This document shows positions 30,694 through 38,468 of a DNA stretch of 64,000 bases, piece after piece (within the stretch, counting starts at the first letter, position 1; each line of letters begins with the position of its first letter). The notes beneath the pieces are model-generated. The model searched no databases and was not told the DNA's origin. It saw only the letters and a program-made list of their open reading frames with translations. A program made the position numbers and the translations under genes. Source of the stretch: Gemmatimonadota bacterium (GTDB taxonomy: Bacteria > Gemmatimonadota > Gemmatimonadetes > Gemmatimonadales > GWC2-71-9). The DNA is taken from NCBI GenBank assembly GCA_039591655.1, contig JBDHDE010000016.1, positions 1 to 64,000 on the forward strand. Direction: 5' to 3'.

Positions 30694-31245
30694 ATGGCAA
30701 TCCGTCCGGTCCGACTCCTGGGCGACCCGATTCTGCGCGCGAGATGTGAACCGGTCAAGAACACTCGGTCCCCCGCCGTGCGCGTCGTGGCCGACGACCT
30801 GCAGGATACGCTGCGCCATCTCAAGGAGAAGCACGGGATGGGCCGGGGGCTGGCGGCCTCTCAGATCGGCGCGCCAATGCGGATAGTGTACGTCGAGACC
30901 GACGAGCCCCACATCCTCATCAATCCCGAGATCGTCGACATCGGCACGTACGACTTCCTCGTGTGGGACGACTGCTTCTCGATCCCCGACCTGCTGGTGC
31001 ACGTTCAGCGCGCCTACCACGTCAAGGTGACGTTCAGCGACCTCACGGGGAACAAGCACACGATGGAGGCCGAAGGCGAGCTCGCCGAGCTGCTGCAGCA
31101 CGAGATCGACCACCTCGACGGGGTGCTGATCGTGGATCGCCCAGTCGGCCTCGATCCATTCTGCTTCCGGTCCGAGTGGGAGACGCACTACGCGGCGCAG
31201 GGTCGCTGCAGTGATCCGGTGCCACGGACGCTGGTGCCGGCGTAG
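30694..31245 (+). CDS. def: Peptide deformylase-family protein (variant motif 2)
   Basis: GRGLAASQIG, INPEI and QHEIDHLDG; motif 2 reads DDCFS. Confidence 0.85.
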   Translation: MAIRPVRLLGDPILRARCEPVKNTRSPAVRVVADDLQDTLRHLKEKHGMGRGLAASQIGAPMRIVYVETDEPHILINPEIVDIGTYDFLVWDDCFSIPDLLVHVQRAYHVKVTFSDLTGNKHTMEAEGELAELLQHEIDHLDGVLIVDRPVGLDPFCFRSEWETHYAAQGRCSDPVPRTLVPA

Positions 31246-31254
31246 AGTCCTCCG

Positions 31255-32475
31255 CTAAGAGAGCAACTCCAAGAACTCCGCAATCACCCGGCTCGTCGCA
31301 ATCGGCTGTTCCATGGGCGTCAGGTGACCGGCTTCCGGTATCACGGTGTACTGGGCTCCCGGAATGCGATCGGCCATGGAGCGGGATTGCTCCTCCGAGA
31401 TCATGTGATCTTCCTTCCCGGCGACGACGAGCGTCGGTACGCTGATCTCCTCCAGGAACGCAGTAGAGTCGCGGCGTTCCTTCATCGCCGTGAGCGCACC
31501 CACGATCCCGGCCGGGGGATTCCCCGTGATCATCGTGCGCACGTGCTCCACCACCTGCGGCATGGCCGAGAGCGAGCTAGGAGCCAGCAGCTTGGGCAAC
31601 ATGGGCTCGGCCAACGCCCCGGAGCCCTCTCGCTCGACGAGGCCGATCATCTCGTCCCGGGTTGCCTTCCCTTCGGGGCTATCGGCCTCGGCCCGGGTGT
31701 TGGCGAGAATGAGCCCCCGCACCAAGTCGGGATGATTGCGCACGAACTCCAGGGCGATGTATCCGCCCATGGAGAGCCCGCAGATCACCGCCTCCTCGAC
31801 CTCGAGCTTATGGAGCAGCTCGGCGAGGTCCTGCGCGTACTCCACCATCGAGTAGCCGGCGTCGGGCGCGTCGCTGAGCCCCATGCCCCGCAGATCGGGG
31901 GCGATGCGGCGCCAGCCCGTGAGGGTTGCCATCAGGTGGCGCCACATCGTGCGGTCGAGGGGAAAGCCGTGGAGGAACACCACGGCGGGACCGTCACCCT
32001 GGATGTCCACCGCCGTCGCGACACCCCGCACCAGGAAGTGCTGCACCGGGCCCGCGCGCACCGACGGGCGCGTTCCGAAGAACTCCCGGATCGCGCCGGG
32101 GACGGCGGTAGGCTGCCCGCTCTCGCCGATGCATACGAACACGAAGTCCGCCTCGGCTACGAGGGTGCCGTCCTGCTCACGGCGCGCCGTCTGATGCAGC
32201 GAGAAGCTGGTGCGCCCGAGATGGGTGAGCGTCGTGTCGAACCGCAAGAGGTCGCCTGGGAGGGCCTCGGCGGTGTACTCGATGGTGGCCTTTCTCACCG
32301 CAGGCCAGGCCCTGGAGCGGGCGAACGCGTCCATCCCCGGCCCCCGCGTGAGGGACTCCCAGCGGGCGCGCTCGAACATCCGCAGGTAGGCGGCCTGGTT
32401 GACGTGCCCGAACGAGTCGCAGTCGTCGGGGTAGACGCGGATCTCAACCGGCTGAACCGTGCTCACGTGAGCCAC
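31255..32475 (-). CDS. Fusion of a YbgC/4HBT-type acyl-CoA thioesterase and an alpha/beta hydrolase
   Basis: DCDSFGHVNQAAY hotdog motif, followed by HGFP, GLSMGG, GKED and AGH. Confidence 0.85.
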   Translation of the reverse strand: MAHVSTVQPVEIRVYPDDCDSFGHVNQAAYLRMFERARWESLTRGPGMDAFARSRAWPAVRKATIEYTAEALPGDLLRFDTTLTHLGRTSFSLHQTARREQDGTLVAEADFVFVCIGESGQPTAVPGAIREFFGTRPSVRAGPVQHFLVRGVATAVDIQGDGPAVVFLHGFPLDRTMWRHLMATLTGWRRIAPDLRGMGLSDAPDAGYSMVEYAQDLAELLHKLEVEEAVICGLSMGGYIALEFVRNHPDLVRGLILANTRAEADSPEGKATRDEMIGLVEREGSGALAEPMLPKLLAPSSLSAMPQVVEHVRTMITGNPPAGIVGALTAMKERRDSTAFLEEISVPTLVVAGKEDHMISEEQSRSMADRIPGAQYTVIPEAGHLTPMEQPIATSRVIAEFLELLS

Positions 32476-32701
32476 CTGGTCGGAAAGGTGGGTAAACTTA
32501 CCTTATGGGCCGAATCATGAGGAGAAGGCCCGGGCGGTGGGACGCCGCAGGCCTGGCATGGTCGGGCCGCCTGCTGTAATCTCGAGGAAAGTTCTCAGAA
32601 CGACGGGAACGAGCAGCAGTCTTTAATCGCAGTCGCGACACTGTCATTATGCTGTCGTTAGACTACATGCCACACGTGGCTGTATGACAACGACTTAACA
32701 T

Positions 32702-32733
32702 TTTTCCACACTGACTAGACAGTGTGTTGATAA
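32702..32733. promoter_or_regulatory. Pair of DnaA-box-like sites in an AT-rich intergenic region
   Basis: TTTTCCACA (32702-10) and the inverted TGTTGATAA (32725-33, one mismatch). Confidence 0.4.
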
Positions 32734-32754
32734 ACTAGCCAGGTTCCCGCGATC

Positions 32755-33912
32755 ATGCCCACTAGACCGTCACCGGCGCAGCCTCCCCCGATCTCCGACC
32801 CGGGGGAGCTCGAGTCTCTCTGCGCCCGACTCGCCGCCGAGCCGAGGATCGCGTTCGACACCGAGGCGGCCTCCTTCCATCGCTACGTGGACCGGGTGTA
32901 CCTGATCCAGGTGAGCAGTGACCACGAGACCGCTCTGGTCGATCCTCTGACTCTGCCGGACCTCAGTCCCCTGGGCGCCCTCCTCGCGGAGCCTGACTTG
33001 GAGGTCGTATTTCACGACGCCGACTACGACTTGCGCATCCTCGACCGCGATTACGGATTCCGGGCCAACAGGCTGTTCGACACCAGGATCGCAGCACAGC
33101 TGGGCGGCGAGCCGGCCGTGGGGCTGGGGCGCCTGCTGGAGAAGTACTTCGGCGTGCAGGTGGACAAGAAGTACCAGCGTGCCGACTGGTCGCGCCGTCC
33201 CCTCACAGATGGCATGATCGCCTACGCCGCCGATGACACCCGCTACCTACCCGCCCTGCGCGATCGACTCGAGGGACGGTTGGCAGAGCTCGGCCGCCTG
33301 GAGTGGGCGCGGGAGGAGTTTCGCCGCCTGGAAGCCGTCCGCTGGACCCAGGCTGCAGCCGATGCCGACGACGCCTTCCTGCGCATCAAGGGCGCCGGGG
33401 CGCTCGGTCGCCGTCAGTTGACCATCCTGCGCGCCCTCTACCGGTGGCGCGAGGCTGCCGCCGAGCGTCTCGATCGGGCGCGGTTCCGCGTCTTGAGCAA
33501 CACCGCGCTCCTCGCTCTGGCCCAGGCAGCTCCCACCAGCATGCGCCTGCTCACCTCCGTAGATGGTATGCCGACTGCAGTGGCGCGGCGCCACGGCCGG
33601 GAGATCCTCGAGGCAGTGAAGCTGGGCAAGAGCGCGCCCGAGAAGAAGCTGCCCAGCCTGCGACGGGGGAAGCGGCCCAAACCGGATCCGGGCTACGACC
33701 AGCGGCTAGAGCGTCTCAAGCGGCTACGCAAGGAGCGGGCGGGGACTACGGAGCTCGAGGCCGGGTTACTCTGTCCCAACGGAACGCTTCAGGCAATAGC
33801 GCGGGCGGTGCCCGCCTCTGCCGAGGCGCTCGACGCCGTCGAAGAGTTGCGACGCTGGCAGCGCGACGTGATCGGCGACCGGGCGATCCTGGACGCCGTG
33901 GCGGGCGGGTAG
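32755..33912 (+). CDS. rnd: Ribonuclease D (3'-5' exonuclease plus HRDC domains)
   Basis: AFDTE, FHDADYD, LFDTRIAA, DWSRRPL and YAADD motifs; C-terminal HRDC. Confidence 0.88.
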   Translation: MPTRPSPAQPPPISDPGELESLCARLAAEPRIAFDTEAASFHRYVDRVYLIQVSSDHETALVDPLTLPDLSPLGALLAEPDLEVVFHDADYDLRILDRDYGFRANRLFDTRIAAQLGGEPAVGLGRLLEKYFGVQVDKKYQRADWSRRPLTDGMIAYAADDTRYLPALRDRLEGRLAELGRLEWAREEFRRLEAVRWTQAAADADDAFLRIKGAGALGRRQLTILRALYRWREAAAERLDRARFRVLSNTALLALAQAAPTSMRLLTSVDGMPTAVARRHGREILEAVKLGKSAPEKKLPSLRRGKRPKPDPGYDQRLERLKRLRKERAGTTELEAGLLCPNGTLQAIARAVPASAEALDAVEELRRWQRDVIGDRAILDAVAGG

Positions 33913-33915
33913 CTC

Positions 33916-34242
33916 CTAGAGGCCCAGGTAAGCGCGCACCTTCGGGTTGATGCGCTCAGGCGTCCAGTAGGGCTCCCACACGAGCTCGATGCGCACGTCC
34001 TTCACACCATCGAGGGCACGGATCACTTCGTCCGACTCGCTCATGATCTGGCCGGCGGCGGGGCACCCCGGTGACGTGAGCGTCATCTTCACATCGACCT
34101 TCCCCTCTTCGATCAGCACCTCGTACACCAGGCCGAGATCGACGATGTTGATCCCGGCCTCGGGATCCTTCACCTTGCGCAGCGCGTCGACGACTACCTG
34201 ATCGTCGAGCGTCGGGCTCGGAGTCTTGGATTCGTCAGTCAT
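33916..34242 (-). CDS. DUF59/SufT-like Fe-S assembly factor
   Basis: VKDPE...NIVDLGLVY...TLTSPGCP...VWEPYW. Confidence 0.88.
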   Translation of the reverse strand: MTDESKTPSPTLDDQVVVDALRKVKDPEAGINIVDLGLVYEVLIEEGKVDVKMTLTSPGCPAAGQIMSESDEVIRALDGVKDVRIELVWEPYWTPERINPKVRAYLGL

Positions 34243-34380
34243 GTTGCGTCACTCGATCTCGGGGACAGCCGACTCCTATCACAGTGGCTGGCGGAGCGGC
34301 TCTGCGCAACCGCTAGTACATCGGATCCCCGCCACCGTTCCCTGCGACGTGGAAACCCACCTCCCGTGGAGGTCGCGTGG

Positions 34381-34745
34381 CTAAGGTACCGGCCCCCACC
34401 TCCGCGCGATCAACCCGTAGATCCTCTCCGCCAGGGGCATGACCCCAGGAACGGTGGTGATCCCGCGTACCAGCCAGCCGCCCCGCAGATAGCGGGCTGC
34501 CTCGCGGCCCGCGGCTGCTCCCGCAAACACCGCCCCGTCGGGCCGCACGAAGTGGGCCGCCCCTGGCGCAGCCCCTCGATCCCCCGGCCAGTGAGCTCCA
34601 GCGCCACGGGCTCCTGCAAAGGAAGCACCCGAATCAGGTCGCCCCTGTCCAGCTGTTTCATCCAGGTAACCCACCTGCGGCACAACCCGCAGCTGCCGTC
34701 GTATACCAGCGTCGGCCTCACGGGCTTGCGGGGAGCGTCGCCCAC
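34381..34745 (-). pseudogene. DUF393/DCC1-like thiol-disulfide oxidoreductase, frameshifted near 34562
   Basis: N-terminal half LVYDGSCGLC (frame of ORF 34410..35033) and C-terminal half AAHFVRPDGAVFAGAAA...YGLIARR (frame of ORF 34381..34842) join at a G4 run. Confidence 0.75.
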
Positions 34746-34756
34746 GCGGCCGGCCG

Positions 34757-35992
34757 TCAACACGGGCCGGCAGCCGCGAGGGAGTCCGCCGTCCCGCAAA
34801 TCTCCGCCCGCAGCGCCACCGCCGCATCGGCCACGCGGCCACGGATCTCCTTCAGTTTGGTGATGGATCGCCGGGTGCGCGGCGCGAACACGCGGTTTGT
34901 CAGGACGATCACGTAGAGCTCGCGCTCCGGATCGATCCACATCGATGTCCCCGTGTATCCCCCATGACCGTAAGCATCCGCCGAGAGCAAGGCCCCGTGG
35001 TTGTCGGTAGTGGAGGTGTCGCACATTTCCCATCCGAGGGCCCGGTTCCCAGGGCCTCGTCGCGTGAAGTGTCGCACCACACCCGGTTGGAACACTTGCT
35101 CACCGCTCCCGGCTCGGCCCTGGTTCAAGAGAACGCCGGCATATCGGGCGAGCTCCGCGCCGGTACTGTAGAGCCCCGCATGTCCCGAGACACCACCCAG
35201 ACGCACTGCGTTCTGGTCATGCAGCTGGCCCGCGATAGCGTGCCCGCGCCACAGGCCTACGGGAGCAATGGTGCTGCGCAGCGCTCTGGCGGGTCGGAAC
35301 AGCGTGTGGACCATGTCGGCGGGTCGGTACACGCGCTCTTCCGCGAGCTCGTCGAGAGACCGTCCCGACGCGCTCTCCACGACCCAACCCAGCAGCATCG
35401 CATTCAGGTCGCTGTAGACGACGCGGCCACCCGGATCGTGGCGCAGCGGCTCCGTCATCACTCGATGCCGCGCTTCCTCCGGGCTGGAGGTCTCCTCGTT
35501 CAGCGGCAAGAACGCGCGCAGACCGGTGCGATGCTCGAGGAGATGACGTACCGTGACGCGTTCCTTGTTCTCACCGACGAACTCCGGCAGGTACTCCTGC
35601 ACAGCCCGGTCTAGGTCGAGGCGACCCTCCTGGACCAGCACCATCGCCGCTGGCGTCGCCGCAATCACCTTGGTGAGGGAGGCGAGATCGTACAGCGTGC
35701 TATCGGGGTCGGGGGTGCGCGAGTCCGGCGACCAGGTGAAGTGGCCGTAGCCCCTGGAGTAGAGCACACGGTGCCGGGTACCCACCACAACGACGCCTCC
35801 GGGAAAGACGCCCCCCGCCACCCCGTCCTCCATCGCGCGGTCGATGTCCCGGGTTGCCCCGCCCTGGAGGGTGAAGGCGAGAACGAGCAGGAGCGCCGCC
35901 GGAGTCCTCAGCCGACGCAGTCCAGCAAGAGCTCGACGTGTCCGCAGCGTGCGCTTAGATAGCTGAATGGGCTGCCACCGCCTGGAGTCCAT
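34757..35992 (-). CDS. Serine hydrolase, beta-lactamase class C-like family
   Basis: DLASLTK (SxxK), VYSDL, GHAGL and HGGYTGT motifs; N-terminal signal/TM. Confidence 0.85.
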   Translation of the reverse strand: MDSRRWQPIQLSKRTLRTRRALAGLRRLRTPAALLLVLAFTLQGGATRDIDRAMEDGVAGGVFPGGVVVVGTRHRVLYSRGYGHFTWSPDSRTPDPDSTLYDLASLTKVIAATPAAMVLVQEGRLDLDRAVQEYLPEFVGENKERVTVRHLLEHRTGLRAFLPLNEETSSPEEARHRVMTEPLRHDPGGRVVYSDLNAMLLGWVVESASGRSLDELAEERVYRPADMVHTLFRPARALRSTIAPVGLWRGHAIAGQLHDQNAVRLGGVSGHAGLYSTGAELARYAGVLLNQGRAGSGEQVFQPGVVRHFTRRGPGNRALGWEMCDTSTTDNHGALLSADAYGHGGYTGTSMWIDPERELYVIVLTNRVFAPRTRRSITKLKEIRGRVADAAVALRAEICGTADSLAAAGPC

Positions 35993-36022
35993 ACTAGTTT
36001 AACCCCGTCGGGTGCATCGACG

Positions 36023-37534
36023 ATGCCTGAGAGATTCCCGAGGGAGCCCGTGTACCGAGCATTTCACAGAGTCATTCTGCTGACTGTCGTCCTTCCCGCC
36101 GGCCCCGCTCTCGCGCAGGAGGCGGCAGTCGACACGCTGACCCTCAAGGCGCACACACACTTCCTGGCCCACGACCTGCTTCGCGGCCGCGCCACCGGGA
36201 CGCAGGGCGCGCGTCTCGCAGCCGTCTACATAGAGGCGCAATGCCGCGCGCTCGGCCTCCATCCCGTGCAGGGGGCGTACACCCAGCAGGTGCCTCTGGA
36301 ACGGGCGCTGATACTGCGCGGGACACGGCTGGAGGCCACGGCTCCCGGGGGGTCCCTGGAGTTCGCCTATCCGCAGGATTTCACTCCGAACGTCGGCACC
36401 AGGGCAACGCTGGGGGACTTCGCCGGCCCCACGGTGTTCGTGGGGGACTCCCGCCGTGTCACCGAGGGCGGTCTCGCCGAGGTGGGCATCACCGGCCACG
36501 TTGCCGTCACTCTGGGGCCGTTCCTTGGGGCCGCGGTCGATACGCTGGCCCGCCGGGGGGCAGCCGGCATGATCCATCTGGTGGGCGACGCCCAGAGCTA
36601 CCAGCTCTACGCCCGGAGTCGCGGGGCGTCACGGCTCTACCACGCCGAAGCCGACGTGCGCTCGTCGTTCATGCCAGAGTTGCCGTCGATCATCGCGGGG
36701 CCGCGAATCGCCCGGCTGCTGATGGCCGGCGCAACGCGGGGGAGGGATCAGGAGATCCCGCCCCAGCCGCTCCCCTGGGCGGTGACGGTGTTCCTGGAGC
36801 TCGAGCGCAGCACGGCCGAGACTGCGAACGTCGCCTGTATGCTGCCGGGCTCACATGCCGGTGCAGCCGATACGGCGATCGCGTTCACCGCACACTACGA
36901 TCATCTGGGCATCGGCGAGCCTGATGCGGACGGCGACTCTCTATACAACGGGTTTTCCGACAACGCAGCGGGCGTGGCAATGCTGCTGGCCATCGCCCAG
37001 ACGCTGGCGCGAGAGGATGCCGAGCCGCTGCGGTACTCTACCCTGTTTCTCTTCCCCGGCGCAGAGGAGCGCGGGCTCCTGGGATCGGATTACTACGCGG
37101 CACGACCACTGTGGCCACTGGAGCAAACGGCGGCGGTCATCAACCTGGACGCCGGTGCGCCTCCGGCGCCGCCGGTGAGTTGGCGCCTCGCAGGTGTCGA
37201 CAGCACCGGTCTGGGCGGCGTGGCAATACGTGTAGCCGAGGAGCACGGCTGGCAGATCACGACGTCTCCCGCGCGACCCAACTCCGATTACTATCCCTTC
37301 GCCCGGGAAGGCGTGCCCGCTCTGTTCATCATCCCGGGTCCCGCGCCCTACGAGGGCCTCTCATCCGACAGCTCGAAGGTCCTACGGCATCGCTGGGACG
37401 CCTACCATCAGCCGGGAGACGAGTGGGCGGAGGACTTTCCCTTCAGCGGGTTGGCTCGATACGCGGGATTCGCTCTCGAGATCGCCCGCGCGATCGACGA
37501 CGGAGCCGCGCTCAGGTCGGCGCCGCGACCCTAG
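36023..37534 (+). CDS. M28 family metallopeptidase, secreted
   Basis: AHYDHLG, DNAAG, AEERGLLGS and YHQPGDE motifs; signal peptide ALA-Q. Confidence 0.88.
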   Translation: MPERFPREPVYRAFHRVILLTVVLPAGPALAQEAAVDTLTLKAHTHFLAHDLLRGRATGTQGARLAAVYIEAQCRALGLHPVQGAYTQQVPLERALILRGTRLEATAPGGSLEFAYPQDFTPNVGTRATLGDFAGPTVFVGDSRRVTEGGLAEVGITGHVAVTLGPFLGAAVDTLARRGAAGMIHLVGDAQSYQLYARSRGASRLYHAEADVRSSFMPELPSIIAGPRIARLLMAGATRGRDQEIPPQPLPWAVTVFLELERSTAETANVACMLPGSHAGAADTAIAFTAHYDHLGIGEPDADGDSLYNGFSDNAAGVAMLLAIAQTLAREDAEPLRYSTLFLFPGAEERGLLGSDYYAARPLWPLEQTAAVINLDAGAPPAPPVSWRLAGVDSTGLGGVAIRVAEEHGWQITTSPARPNSDYYPFAREGVPALFIIPGPAPYEGLSSDSSKVLRHRWDAYHQPGDEWAEDFPFSGLARYAGFALEIARAIDDGAALRSAPRP

Positions 37535-38283
37535 CGGACCCGCTGCGGTTCCCTGACCGAGCCGGGAGGGAGGGCGTAGAGCAAGCCGGCGGTCCTCAGA
37601 TCGCGCAGCGTCAGGTCATGGACCGCGGTCATGGGGTACATCACGTCGGACCGGTCGTCCGAATGCCCCAACCCCAGCAGATGCCCGATCTCGTGGACCG
37701 CGACGGTGCGGACCGCTTCAGCCGAGAGCGGCCAGCCGTTGTGGGAGTGGGTGGCCAGCGTGAGGACTCCGTTGACGATCAAGCCGCGGTTGCTCCACCT
37801 GAGATCCGCTTGGCCGGTGCGTTCGTTGGGGAACCGCTCGATCCACCGCACCGTCACCTCCGCCCCCGCCGAGTCTCGCACGAACCGGAAGCGCACCGGT
37901 ATCCAGCTCCCGCGCTGCCAGCGGAAGAAGGCATCCTCCACGGCCTGGCCCATCGCCACCGTGTAGTCCCCAACCTCACCCGCCGGCAGGTACACCGCCA
38001 CCGGCCGGTCGACCCGCTCGGGCCAGCGACGCAGCATCGAGTCATTCTCCTGGAGCATCGCGGGCAAGTACGTGTCCGACTCGGCGATCCGACGCCGCAC
38101 GGCGGCCCGGACCGCACGGACGCTATCCCAATCGACGGTGACGCCCTGGACCACCGTAACGGTCTCCCGGGCGGCTCGTAGCTGACCCGGCCGCCGCGAG
38201 CCTCCCAGCGCGCGCTCTGCCAGATAATACGTGACGGCGGCCGTCACGATCAGCAGGAGAACGAAGACGATCCGGCGACCCAT
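37531..38283 (-). CDS. Matrixin (M10) family metalloprotease, membrane-anchored
   Basis: HEIGHLLGLGH and Met-turn VMYP; N-terminal TM; ATG at 38283. Confidence 0.88.
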   Translation of the reverse strand: MGRRIVFVLLLIVTAAVTYYLAERALGGSRRPGQLRAARETVTVVQGVTVDWDSVRAVRAAVRRRIAESDTYLPAMLQENDSMLRRWPERVDRPVAVYLPAGEVGDYTVAMGQAVEDAFFRWQRGSWIPVRFRFVRDSAGAEVTVRWIERFPNERTGQADLRWSNRGLIVNGVLTLATHSHNGWPLSAEAVRTVAVHEIGHLLGLGHSDDRSDVMYPMTAVHDLTLRDLRTAGLLYALPPGSVREPQRVR

Positions 38284-38468
38284 GACACCTAATATGCGAC
38301 CCCCCCGGTTGCCGGCGCCACCGGCCTTCCGCTGGCATCCGGCAGCTTCGGGCTCTATCATTAGCTGCTCTAAGCGAGTACCGGACACCAGCTTGTAGCA
38401 GTGACCAATACAACGATCAGTCCCGCTGTACGTGGTTGGGGAGAGCCGTGCGGGGCAGGGGGAGCGGC

